Origin: an uncultured bacterium
Lineage (GTDB): Bacteria > Patescibacteriota > Minisyncoccia > Phycocordibacterales > PALSA-1337
Length of the DNA stretch: 64,000 nt
Direction of reading: 5' to 3'
NCBI GenBank assembly: GCA_963701025.1
Contig: OY969557.1
Coordinates: 234,405-298,404, forward strand
The notes beneath the pieces were generated by a model, which searched no databases, was not told where the DNA came from, and worked only from the letters and a program-made list of their open reading frames with translations. Of the stretch, positions 28,049 to 37,206 are shown piece after piece (the stretch's first letter is position 1; each line of letters begins with the position of its first letter). The position numbers were made by a program, and so were the translations under genes.

Positions 28049-29170
28049 CTATTCCTCCTCCGGCCCTTCAATAGCCGCGACTTTCACACCTGGAGACTCG
28101 TCGGCGATGCGCAGGATGTCCTTGTCTATCTTCATGAATTCCTTGCCGGCGTTATTATAGTGATTGACGACGGTGCCGAGCGAGGCACCGAGCTTGTGGT
28201 GGTACTCCTCGTATTTCTTTATGTGACTGCCGAGCTGACTGACGTGTTTGACGATATCCTTGGCGGTCTCTTCGATCTGCATGGCTTTCAGACCCTGCAA
28301 GACGGTCTGGAGATAGGCCAGGAACGACGTCGGCGAGACGATGATGACCTTGTATTTGCTGGCCGCGCGCTGGATGAGGTTGTCCGTCTCGTCCGCCGAC
28401 GCGCCAATCTTATTCACTAGCAAGTCATAATAGATGGCCTCATGGGGAATGAACATAAATGCGAAGTCCATGGTCTTTTCCGCCGGACGGACGTATTTGG
28501 CCGTCTCCTGGATGCGGAGCTTGAGGTCGCCGACGAATGCCCTCTCGAGCTTTTCCTTCTCGGCCGGATTCTTCTCCTCGACGAGCTTATTGTAGTTTTC
28601 CAATGAGAATTTGGAATCGACCGGTATGATCTTATCCTTGACGAATATGGCCGCGTCCACTATCTCGCCGTTCTTGAAGGCGTATTGCATCTGGTATTGG
28701 CCGGGCGCGAGCACGTTCTTGAGGAGCGTCTCCAGATAATATTCGCCGAGGATGCCTCGGTGCTTCGGGTTCTTGAGTATGTCCTGCAGGTTCTGCAATT
28801 GATCGGCGAATGAGACGACTTGCCGATTGGTCTCGTCGAGCTTGGTCAGACCTTGCGTCACTTCCTTGATAAGCTTGGATGACTCCGCCATCTGTCTAGA
28901 AGAATCGGCGAATTGCAGACGGAGCGAATCCTGCATCGAACGGCTGTTCTCGTTCATCTTTGTATCCACAGTTTTGGTCAGATCTCCAACTTTTCGGTCT
29001 AGCGTGCTAGACAATTGATTGACGTTCGTATTCATCTGCTCCAAGACGAGCTTGAGGCCGTCATCGAGGCTGGCCGCCGGCTTGTCATTCTTGCGTCGCA
29101 GAAAGGCGATGCCGAGACCGATATTGGCACCGACGGCGATGATGACTAGGATGATGAGGATGGTTTCCAT
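28049..29170 (-). CDS. rmuC: DNA recombination protein RmuC
   Basis: N-terminal TM and coiled coil; PKHRGILGE, VDSKF, DFAFMFIPHE, VSPTSF. Confidence 0.92.
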   Translation of the reverse strand: METILIILVIIAVGANIGLGIAFLRRKNDKPAASLDDGLKLVLEQMNTNVNQLSSTLDRKVGDLTKTVDTKMNENSRSMQDSLRLQFADSSRQMAESSKLIKEVTQGLTKLDETNRQVVSFADQLQNLQDILKNPKHRGILGEYYLETLLKNVLAPGQYQMQYAFKNGEIVDAAIFVKDKIIPVDSKFSLENYNKLVEEKNPAEKEKLERAFVGDLKLRIQETAKYVRPAEKTMDFAFMFIPHEAIYYDLLVNKIGASADETDNLIQRAASKYKVIIVSPTSFLAYLQTVLQGLKAMQIEETAKDIVKHVSQLGSHIKKYEEYHHKLGASLGTVVNHYNNAGKEFMKIDKDILRIADESPGVKVAAIEGPEEE

Positions 29171-29240
29171 TGGAGACAGTATGCCTAATTATTAACAGAT
29201 TTGGCAGTTGCTAAACAAAAAATTTCATTTATACTTATTG

Positions 29241-29445
29241 CAGGTAGGCTAACGCAAAGAAATGGTCCATGGGATACCGGATGGCTAGTCCTAACCGTTT
29301 TCCTCGTGAGAAGTGATTCTCTCATCTGGCGACAATACATAGACTGGCTGTAGTAACTGGAGAGCCCAATGGATGTTAATCCAAAATGGCGCATGAAAAG
29401 CCTTACGCCCAACACAAGCTCCCTAAGGATGGGAGTTTTTGTTTT
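29241..29445 (+). ncRNA. Candidate ~200-nt structured non-coding RNA
   Basis: TTGCTA(29208)-16-TATACT(29230); 5' GTAGGCT pairs with 3' AGCCTTAC; internal stems; intrinsic terminator 29418-29445; no convincing sense-strand ORF. Confidence 0.45.
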
Positions 29446-29685
29446 CCTCTCATCATAACGCTTCGTCTCAAGCGAAACTTCTCGTACACTTATATGAATG
29501 AGTTTAGCCGTATATAGCTCCATGCTCAATCAAGTGTCATGTGCAATAAAGCCTAATCTATCAAGAGATTCATAGTCGATTATATCGCCAACGTATCTAT
29601 TTTCGTCTGAATCGAATACCATGATTAGTGATCATAAACTTCGATGAATTTTATAGCCAATGATTCAATATGCTAAACTTACCCC

Positions 29686-30168
29686 ATGTCCCTCCACCAG
29701 ACCATCAAAGAACAGATCAAGGATGCCCTTCGCGCCAAGGATACGATCCGCTTGGACGCCTTGCGCGGGCTCAATGCTCTTGCCTTGAATGAGCTTCTCG
29801 CTTCAAAGAATCCAGCCGGCGGCATTAACGAGGCATTCCTCTCCGACGGCAAGATCCTAGCTCTCATCAAACGGAGCGTTAAACAGCGCAGGGATTCCAT
29901 CGAACAATTCACCGCGGGCGGCCGAGAAGATTTGGTGATCAAAGAAAAGGCCGAGCTCAAGATATTGGAAGCTTTCATGCCAGCTATGATGTCCAAAGAA
30001 GAGATCAAGATCGTAGTCCGCAGCCGCATCGATGCCATGAAATCACAAGGCGCGCTCGATCCAAAATCGGCCGGAAAACTGGTCGGCATGCTCATGAAAG
30101 AGCTCGCCGGCAAAGCTGATGGCGCTGATGTCAAGGCCGCGGTGGACGAGCTTTTCAAGCCTCAATAG
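29686..30168 (+). CDS. GatB/YqeY domain protein
   Basis: IKDALRAKD...KQRRDSIEQF..GGREDL..KEKAE...MKELAGKADG. Confidence 0.92.
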   Translation: MSLHQTIKEQIKDALRAKDTIRLDALRGLNALALNELLASKNPAGGINEAFLSDGKILALIKRSVKQRRDSIEQFTAGGREDLVIKEKAELKILEAFMPAMMSKEEIKIVVRSRIDAMKSQGALDPKSAGKLVGMLMKELAGKADGADVKAAVDELFKPQ

Positions 30169-30262
30169 AGCCACATGAATGGGCTTGACAAAACTATCTA
30201 AGAGGTGATACAATACTCCCGTAAAGCACAAAGCAGTCAACCAATTAAGCGAAAGGACTATC

Positions 30263-30499
30263 ATGACAACAATGTCATCGCCGTCGGTTGGTTCGGGAAA
30301 AAGATTTCGCGATTTTAGTGAACGGTTCCAGGATATAAGAGACGTGCTTGATGGGAAAAAACAAGCACCGACTTTCATCTCCTACCGCTTCGCCGAGATG
30401 CGCTTCATTCCCGAAATCAAAGGACTCGCCGCGCTTCAGACCCATTTATCACTGGGAAAAAGCAACAGGGTCTGTCACCGGGGAGTCTATCTGGACTGA
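30263..30499 (+). CDS. Small orphan protein (78 aa)
   Basis: Near-consensus promoter TTGACA-17-TACAAT (30186-30214), AAGGA Shine-Dalgarno, downstream hairpin ~30525-30553. Confidence 0.45.
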   Translation: MTTMSSPSVGSGKRFRDFSERFQDIRDVLDGKKQAPTFISYRFAEMRFIPEIKGLAALQTHLSLGKSNRVCHRGVYLD

Positions 30500-30614
30500 T
30501 GAAAAAACCATCATCCAGAAACAAGAAGCGCCGGGTTTACCCTCGGCGCTTTCCCATTTATATACATATTCTATATACATATTCGTAGCATTCGGATATA
30601 TTAGTTGATTCGTA

Positions 30615-32240
30615 TTACACCTTTCCGAACGGTTCCAACTCTACTATAAACGTCGAACCCTTCCCTTCTCCGGCCGATTCGGCACGGATGACGCCATGAT
30701 GAGCCTCTATCATCTCCTTAGCAACATACAAGCCGAGACCGGTGCCTTTTATATTGGTCTTATTGGCGTTGCCGGCGCGGCTCCACTTCTGGAAGAGATG
30801 CGGCAATATCTCCGGAGCGATGCCGATACCGGTGTCTTTGAGCGTGAGGACGAATTTGTGCCTCGGCCTATCGAACGAGAGCGACACGGCTACCGAGCCG
30901 GACGGCGTGTATTTCATGCTGTTGTCGATGAGATTGCCGATGACTTGCTTTAGCTTGTCCCGATCGGCCGTGATGCGCCAATCGATGCCGCCGTCGCTGG
31001 CGGTGAAGGAGAATGCCAATCCCGACTTTTCTATGTTCGGCTTGAGCTCGGCCAGCGTGTCTTCCACCAGAGCTTTCAGATCTACCGTGTCGAAGACATA
31101 TTTCATCGAGCCAAGCTCGATCCTGGTGATGTTCAGATAGTCGTCCACGATGGAAGTGAGCGTGCTGGCGGACTCGTATATGCGCGATACCCCGTCGTTG
31201 GCCTCCTTGGGCAGTGTGCCCATGTCGCCCTCCAATATCATCGAAGCATAGCCTTTCATGGCCGTAAGCGGTGCCCGCAATTGATGAGTGGCGAATGAGA
31301 CGAACTCCGACTTCTGCCGGTCGAGCTCGGTCAGGCGGACATTGGCCTTCTCCAAGTCGGTGGCAAGCTTCTCGATCTTTTCGCGCTGGGAAACTTCTTT
31401 TATGACGCTGCGGATGAGAAGGATGCCGAAGATAATTAACAGAAGAAGCATAATGGCGTTGATCAATTGATCCTGTAAATTATCCGCCACAAGCGTTCGC
31501 AGTAGCACGAATATCCAAAGAGCAAATACGACCAACTCCGTAGCAATAATCTTCGCATTGAACAAGCGGTGTTTAAGCACTGCAATAGCAGTAAAACCAA
31601 TAAAGAAAACTACGGTTGGTGGGCCAAAGATATTTAAGGAACTTAACCCCCCAAGCGGCAGGATAAGATTGATTAAGACAGAAAGGAATATAGTTAAGAA
31701 GGCCCCTATCATCATGAAGAGTGCTTGAGATTTTTTCGGATTTTTGTATTTCCTATACACATCAAAAAGATAGAAGAAGGAAAATCCGAAAGCTATGATG
31801 AGATACAAAAACATTAGGTAATACAAATTACCTGGAACATAATCTACGCCCCAAGGTTGAATCGATATAGAAATGATATTCAGCTGAGTCTGGCTTAGAA
31901 AAATAATTATAACTGCGACAATAATTGAAAGCTTCGATAATACTCTATAGCGACGGATAAATACTTTATCATTGGTATAATAAAGCTCAGCTATGAGACT
32001 ATTGAAAAAGATCGGTAAGAAGGCTGGCCAGATAATTGCTAATCTGCTAAAAAAGAGAGCTTGACCGGCATAAACAGATAGATCGGCCAGCATATTGCTT
32101 GCGACCCAGAAAGACATTGTCGCTCCCAAAAGGAAAAAGTATCTATTTATGGAGTTACGATAATCCTGGAATAACACAAAAATACTCAATAGGATAGTTA
32201 GAAAGAATGTCAATATTTCCAATATGATGTTCAATCCCAT
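30615..32240 (-). CDS. Sensor histidine kinase with HisKA_7TM-like N-terminus
   Basis: Multi-TM N-terminus; ATHQLRAPL H-box, NLIDNSMKY, DTGIGI, GTGLGLY, GKGSTF. Confidence 0.9.
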   Translation of the reverse strand: MGLNIILEILTFFLTILLSIFVLFQDYRNSINRYFFLLGATMSFWVASNMLADLSVYAGQALFFSRLAIIWPAFLPIFFNSLIAELYYTNDKVFIRRYRVLSKLSIIVAVIIIFLSQTQLNIISISIQPWGVDYVPGNLYYLMFLYLIIAFGFSFFYLFDVYRKYKNPKKSQALFMMIGAFLTIFLSVLINLILPLGGLSSLNIFGPPTVVFFIGFTAIAVLKHRLFNAKIIATELVVFALWIFVLLRTLVADNLQDQLINAIMLLLLIIFGILLIRSVIKEVSQREKIEKLATDLEKANVRLTELDRQKSEFVSFATHQLRAPLTAMKGYASMILEGDMGTLPKEANDGVSRIYESASTLTSIVDDYLNITRIELGSMKYVFDTVDLKALVEDTLAELKPNIEKSGLAFSFTASDGGIDWRITADRDKLKQVIGNLIDNSMKYTPSGSVAVSLSFDRPRHKFVLTLKDTGIGIAPEILPHLFQKWSRAGNANKTNIKGTGLGLYVAKEMIEAHHGVIRAESAGEGKGSTFIVELEPFGKV

Positions 32241-32241
32241 G

Positions 32242-32922
32242 TTAGCGTAATGAAGCAATAATGGATGATCCTGCTATTACTTTTTGTCCGATTTTGACAG
32301 ATATGCCAGTAACGGCTTCCGCAGGAAAAAACATGTCGACTTGCGACCCCATCTTTATCATACCTATACGTTCTCCTTTCTTAACCTTTTGTCCTTCAAC
32401 CACCCAACACTCGATCTTATTTACATATATATCCGCAATCTGAGTAATGAAGACGGGGATATCGCCATGAAATAGAATCGTATTGCGCTCATTTTGAATT
32501 ACATGACTACTCCGATATTCATACGGCTTGAGGCCAAATAGAACACGCCACCACATGAGAGTCATCGGTAGATTCTTTGCCTTCGTATAAACAATTTTTT
32601 CCACTGTTCCCTCAATTGGTGCACGATTGACATGAACACTTGTAGGATGCATGAATATACCAATCAGATACGCTGGACGTGTTGATTCAGGGCGATATTT
32701 GAATATCTCTTCTAACTGTATTGGTCTTTTCTTTTTGATAGATATCAGGGCATCATCCCCCTCTATCATCTTTACATAGACGATCGTCCCTTCAGCCGGT
32801 GAAACAATATTCTTGCCTTCGGGAATATCTCGATCAGGATTTCTGTAGAAAAAGAAGAAACGCCAATAACAATACAAAGCGATGCATATAATCAGTACGG
32901 TCAGGAGGACGATGAAGAGCAT
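32242..32922 (-). CDS. psd: Phosphatidylserine decarboxylase family proenzyme
   Basis: FFYRNPDR, IVSPAEG, GIFMHPTSVHVNRAP, NER, and G.IKMGSQV (G-S self-cleavage site). Confidence 0.85.
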   Translation of the reverse strand: MLFIVLLTVLIICIALYCYWRFFFFYRNPDRDIPEGKNIVSPAEGTIVYVKMIEGDDALISIKKKRPIQLEEIFKYRPESTRPAYLIGIFMHPTSVHVNRAPIEGTVEKIVYTKAKNLPMTLMWWRVLFGLKPYEYRSSHVIQNERNTILFHGDIPVFITQIADIYVNKIECWVVEGQKVKKGERIGMIKMGSQVDMFFPAEAVTGISVKIGQKVIAGSSIIASLR

Positions 32923-32923
32923 G

Positions 32924-33715
32924 TTAAAGATGTAATAAGTATCGCATAACAGAGAAAAAATTCAGATGGGCTCGAACTACAAATTCTCGATCTTCCCCTT
33001 TGTGATAACGAAGATAGCGTCTAGCAAAGACATTCATCTTTTCATCATAATGCCAGGGGGCGCTGTCGTTATTATATATCAACCAGGGAGTCTGCGCATA
33101 GGAGTCACGGAGAACAAGACCTTCTCTCTCAAGTCGTCTGCCGGGATTATCACTATTCTTGACTAGCTCCTGGGCAATACCCCATGTATCGTTATCTGCT
33201 GGAGATATGGCACCTGAAATATCTGATTCATAGGGGTTAGGATAAATGAAGCTTGCGAACTTAGCTAATCGGCTTATGACTCTAATATTGGGTGTAATAA
33301 ATACTATCTCCATTGGATTACCTAGAAGCATACGGATAAGATTCCTCAATATTTCTCTACGCACAAAAAGGAAGAACATATACGACCCCAATCCATTTTT
33401 TTGACATGATGGATCTATGATGAGAAATTCAACATAGTTGATCCGGAACCCTAAGACAACCTTCATGCTAGTAACACAGAAACCAATACATTTGCCATCT
33501 GTTCGAGCTATCATAATAGAACCGGCACCAAAGATATGGTGTTCAATGAATGTTGTAGGAAAAGACCCCCAACAACGGGCAAGGAGTGAATCGACCTCTT
33601 CGTGCAGGATAGCCCTTGTATGTCCGTCTAGTTTTTCCCGGTTTGAATGTCTTTCAAAAGTGACCGTGAGTCTTTGATCTCCGAAACGAAATATGGATTT
33701 TGAAATTCTAGACAT
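32924..33715 (-). CDS. GNAT-fold acyltransferase-like protein
   Basis: IGFC...YVEFLIIDPSCQKNGLGSY resembles the acyl-CoA-binding motif A (Q-x-x-G-x-G). Confidence 0.6.
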   Translation of the reverse strand: MSRISKSIFRFGDQRLTVTFERHSNREKLDGHTRAILHEEVDSLLARCWGSFPTTFIEHHIFGAGSIMIARTDGKCIGFCVTSMKVVLGFRINYVEFLIIDPSCQKNGLGSYMFFLFVRREILRNLIRMLLGNPMEIVFITPNIRVISRLAKFASFIYPNPYESDISGAISPADNDTWGIAQELVKNSDNPGRRLEREGLVLRDSYAQTPWLIYNNDSAPWHYDEKMNVFARRYLRYHKGEDREFVVRAHLNFFSVMRYLLHL

Positions 33716-33773
33716 AAGAATTATAGACCACATTATATCAAATTTGAAGCAAAAAACATTGAGCTCTTTTTTA

Positions 33774-35591
33774 TCACCCCCGTAGCCCTATCTGCAATTC
33801 ATATAGTCTCCGATATTCCCCGCCCTCTTTGGCTACCAATTCGCCATGAGTTCCCGACTCTATGATCCTGCCTTCTTTGAAGACCAGTATCTTGTCAGCT
33901 TTGCGCACGGTGGAGAGACGATGGGCAATGATGAAGGTGGTCTTACCGCGCATCAATTCTTCGAGCGATCTGGTGATGATCTGTTCGGTGGAAGCATCAA
34001 GGGCGGAGGTGGGCTCGTCTAGAATGAGGATAGCCGGATCGCGTAGGATAGCCCTGGCTATGGAGACGCGCTGTTTCTGGCCGACGGAGAGCTTTATACC
34101 GCGTTCGCCGACGAGCTGTGCCCATTTGTCGGGAAATTTCTCGATGAAATCGACGGCGTGAGCCTTGCGAGCGGCTTCTCTGACTTCGGCCTCTGATGCG
34201 CTGGAAATTGCCGTATTTGATGTTAGTCTCTATGGTGTCGTTGAACAAGACTACTTCCTGCGGCACCACCGCGATGCGTGAGCGCAGGCGATGCAAATCT
34301 ATCGTGCGGATATCGTGTCCGTCTATCTCCACCGTTCCTTTCTCGGGGAAATGATAGCCGGAGATGAGGTCGACGAGAGTGCTTTTGCCCACGCCGGATT
34401 CGCCGACCAGGGCCACGATATCGCCCGGTTTTGCCTCAAATGATATGCCGTCCAGGACTGGCGTGCCTTTGTCATAGTGGAACGATACGTCCTCTGAATG
34501 ACACGCCTCCCCGTATATCGAAATCGACAGCGCTTCTGGGATGATACTCTTCCGGCGGCGATTGCAGTATCTTTTCCGTCTCCTCTATGTTGACGATGCC
34601 GTTCTGTATGGTCTGCCACTGGCGGGCTATGACTACGAACGGCCCGAAAATCATGGCCGCGTAGGCATTGAAGGCGATAAGCTCACCCAGGCTCATGCTC
34701 CCCGCGTGGATATAGACGACCGAAAGGAGGAAGATGAGCACCTGGGTTATGAGGATGGTCAAACGCTGGTAAAGGCTCAAGTCGCCCCAAACCTGGGTCA
34801 TGCGCATCCAGAGCGGTATGGCTTTCTTCGATTCCCGTGCCATCTTCTCGCGCTCGTACTCTTCGGTCGTGGCTTGCTTGACGGCCAGAGGCATTGCCGA
34901 TGACGTCATAACTGTCGCCCCAGATGGATTTCATCAGAACGTCGTAATATGCCTTCTGGTAGCCTGCGAGCGGCCTTATGTGACGGACCAAAACGACTAT
35001 ATAGGCGAGCAGTCCGACTACCAGGATGAGACCTAGTACCCATTTCATATAAAAGGCGATGCAGAGAGCGATGACGATGGAGAGTATCTGCGGGGCCAGA
35101 TCTATGACGATACTGCCGGCGATGGTTTCCAGAGATCCGGCAGCTGCGTTGATCTTGCTGCCTATCTCGCCGATCTTGTTCTGTTTATGGAAAGACATCG
35201 GCAGAAGAAGAAGATAGCTGAAGCTGTTGGTCAGATAGTCCAACCATATGGTGTTGGAGAAGTACTGGCTCATTATATTGATGCGCCAGTCGAGGAGCGA
35301 TGTCACCAGCTGGATCAATGCCCAGACAACGAGTATGGAAATGTAGAGCGGCACGGAGTATGACAAGATGTGCCAGACGGAGGCGCTCGATATGGCATCA
35401 AAGAATTTTCCGGCGATATACGGGATGATGCCGTTACCTATAGCAGACAATATGCCGAGCACGCTCAAAATAATGATCTGTCGACGATACTGGCCTATGT
35501 AGGAGAAAAGCACGCGAAGGCCGGTAAGTATGCCTTCTTTGGTCACTTTCTTTGCCTCTTTTTCCTTTTCGGGCTTTTCTTCTTCAAGCAT
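33774..35591 (-). CDS. ABC exporter, fused TM + ATPase (MsbA-like), several frameshifts
   Basis: TM domain, GESGVGKST, VPQEVVLFN and IAHRLST are spread over several ORF-track fragments; LSVGQKQR and LDEPTSALD read manually. Confidence 0.85.
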
Positions 35592-35616
35592 GGTGCGGCT
35601 ATTCTAGCATAAGCTT

Positions 35617-36282
35617 TCACAGCTTCCCCACCTCCTTCATCACGTAATTCGCATATGTCTTATAATCATCCATCGACAAAGCTGTATTTCGTTCGGGCAT
35701 CGGTTCGAGAGGCTTGCCGAAAGCTATGGATATCTTCCGACGACGGAGAAAAAAGTCCGTTGCGGTAAGCCGGAACGTGCCGCGGATCATGACTGGCACG
35801 ATGGAGGCACCGGTAGCGTGAGCCAGGTATGCTATGCCTCCTTTGGCAGGCTGAATGGTGCCGTCGGGGGTCGCTCCGCCTTCTGGATAGACGCAGAGAC
35901 AGCCCTTGTCTTTCATTATCTCCCGCTGATGGATGAGCGACTTCTCATAGTCTCGAAGGCCCGTATAGACCGGATAAGCGCCCCAAGCCCGGAAGAATGT
36001 TCCGCCGTATAGATTTTGCCGCCAGCCGGAAGTGTCATAGAAAGCTTTTTCTCTCGAGGCGTAGAAGATCGGCGAAAAGCGGGACCAGAAAGGCAATCCC
36101 GCCGGAAGAGGCAACGGGTCCAATTCACTCGAATGATTGCAGGCGAATATGACCGGCTTGGAAACGCCTATGAGATTCTCCAGGCCGATGATCTCGAAAT
36201 GGCAGAAAAATCGGAGCGAAAGGCAGGTGGGGATCCAGAAAATCTTTTGCAGGATGAGCGGGGAAAGGAAATAGAGTTTCAT
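35617..36282 (-). CDS. Lysophospholipid acyltransferase (PlsC family)
   Basis: NHSSELD (NHxxxxD), YPEGG, KGGIAYLA, IVPV. Confidence 0.88.
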   Translation of the reverse strand: MKLYFLSPLILQKIFWIPTCLSLRFFCHFEIIGLENLIGVSKPVIFACNHSSELDPLPLPAGLPFWSRFSPIFYASREKAFYDTSGWRQNLYGGTFFRAWGAYPVYTGLRDYEKSLIHQREIMKDKGCLCVYPEGGATPDGTIQPAKGGIAYLAHATGASIVPVMIRGTFRLTATDFFLRRRKISIAFGKPLEPMPERNTALSMDDYKTYANYVMKEVGKL

Positions 36283-36415
36283 CGGAGTGCGCGGCTATTA
36301 TAGCATTTAAGGCCCGAAAATATGCGTCGCTTGACTTGTAGCGACTCTCTGATATAATCCACAGCGAACAAATTTGAACCGCGCCAATAACTGGCGCCTT
36401 TGAAAACTGAATCCT

Positions 36416-37138
36416 ATGAAAATGAAAACAATCAGTCGGTTGTCGGCGCTCGTCGTTGGTGTGATAGTCGCGGCCATGGTGGTCGCGCCGAAGCAGAGCT
36501 TCGGGCAGGGGTATATCAATGTCAGTACCTATAATGGACTCGGCCCATTTCATGCAAATCAACAGTTTGTGAACGACACAACCTATGCCCTTCTGAACGG
36601 ACTAAGTCAATACGGCAGTTGGGCTACAATACCCAATGGTAGCTCCGTGAACACCTCGAATGTCTTTGTTTCGAGCCAAATCGGAAATGCCATGTACTCC
36701 GTTCTCGTTGTTACAAGTTCTATCCCGTTCCAACTGTCCCAGGTTCAGGTCAGCTCGACAAGCCCACTGTTCTCTTTCTCGGGAACTTTGGGACAGCTTG
36801 GATTCAATACGTATAGCCTGTTTGGCATCGGGATCGGCACAAACGGAGCAACGATCACAACGGGGAGCGATAATGCATGGGTATACGCCGCTTATGCGAT
36901 TGGGATTAATTATTCGATCAACATTACCGGCGAAACCCCGGCACAAGCAATGGCTGATTGGATGTCAGTCGGAGCTTTCACCGTGACGGATACGTATTCA
37001 TACTGTTCGTCATCTGCTTCCGTGTCCACAAGATACGACCCAGCGTATATTGCCCAGACACCGGAACCTTCAACTATCACCTTGGGTATCATTGGTATTT
37101 CGATACTCGCCACTTATACCCGTCGTCGGAAACATTAA
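36416..37138 (+). CDS. Secreted protein with a PEP-CTERM sorting signal
   Basis: Signal peptide; C-terminus TPEPSTITLGIIGISILATYTRRRKH (PEP + TM + basic cluster); promoter TTGACT..TATAAT ~36331-58; terminator ~37158-37190. Confidence 0.8.
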   Translation: MKMKTISRLSALVVGVIVAAMVVAPKQSFGQGYINVSTYNGLGPFHANQQFVNDTTYALLNGLSQYGSWATIPNGSSVNTSNVFVSSQIGNAMYSVLVVTSSIPFQLSQVQVSSTSPLFSFSGTLGQLGFNTYSLFGIGIGTNGATITTGSDNAWVYAAYAIGINYSINITGETPAQAMADWMSVGAFTVTDTYSYCSSSASVSTRYDPAYIAQTPEPSTITLGIIGISILATYTRRRKH

Positions 37139-37206
37139 TTTGGGAAATTTACGCAACACGCCAGACCCGCAAGGACCTGGCGTATTTTTTACCTATATGT
37201 CACATA

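Noticed and set aside
29185-29625. Minus-strand ORF extended through a TGA, suggesting genetic code 25
   Set aside because: TGA ends clearly identified genes here (ychF, zwf), so recoding is unsupported; the ORF has no recognisable motif.
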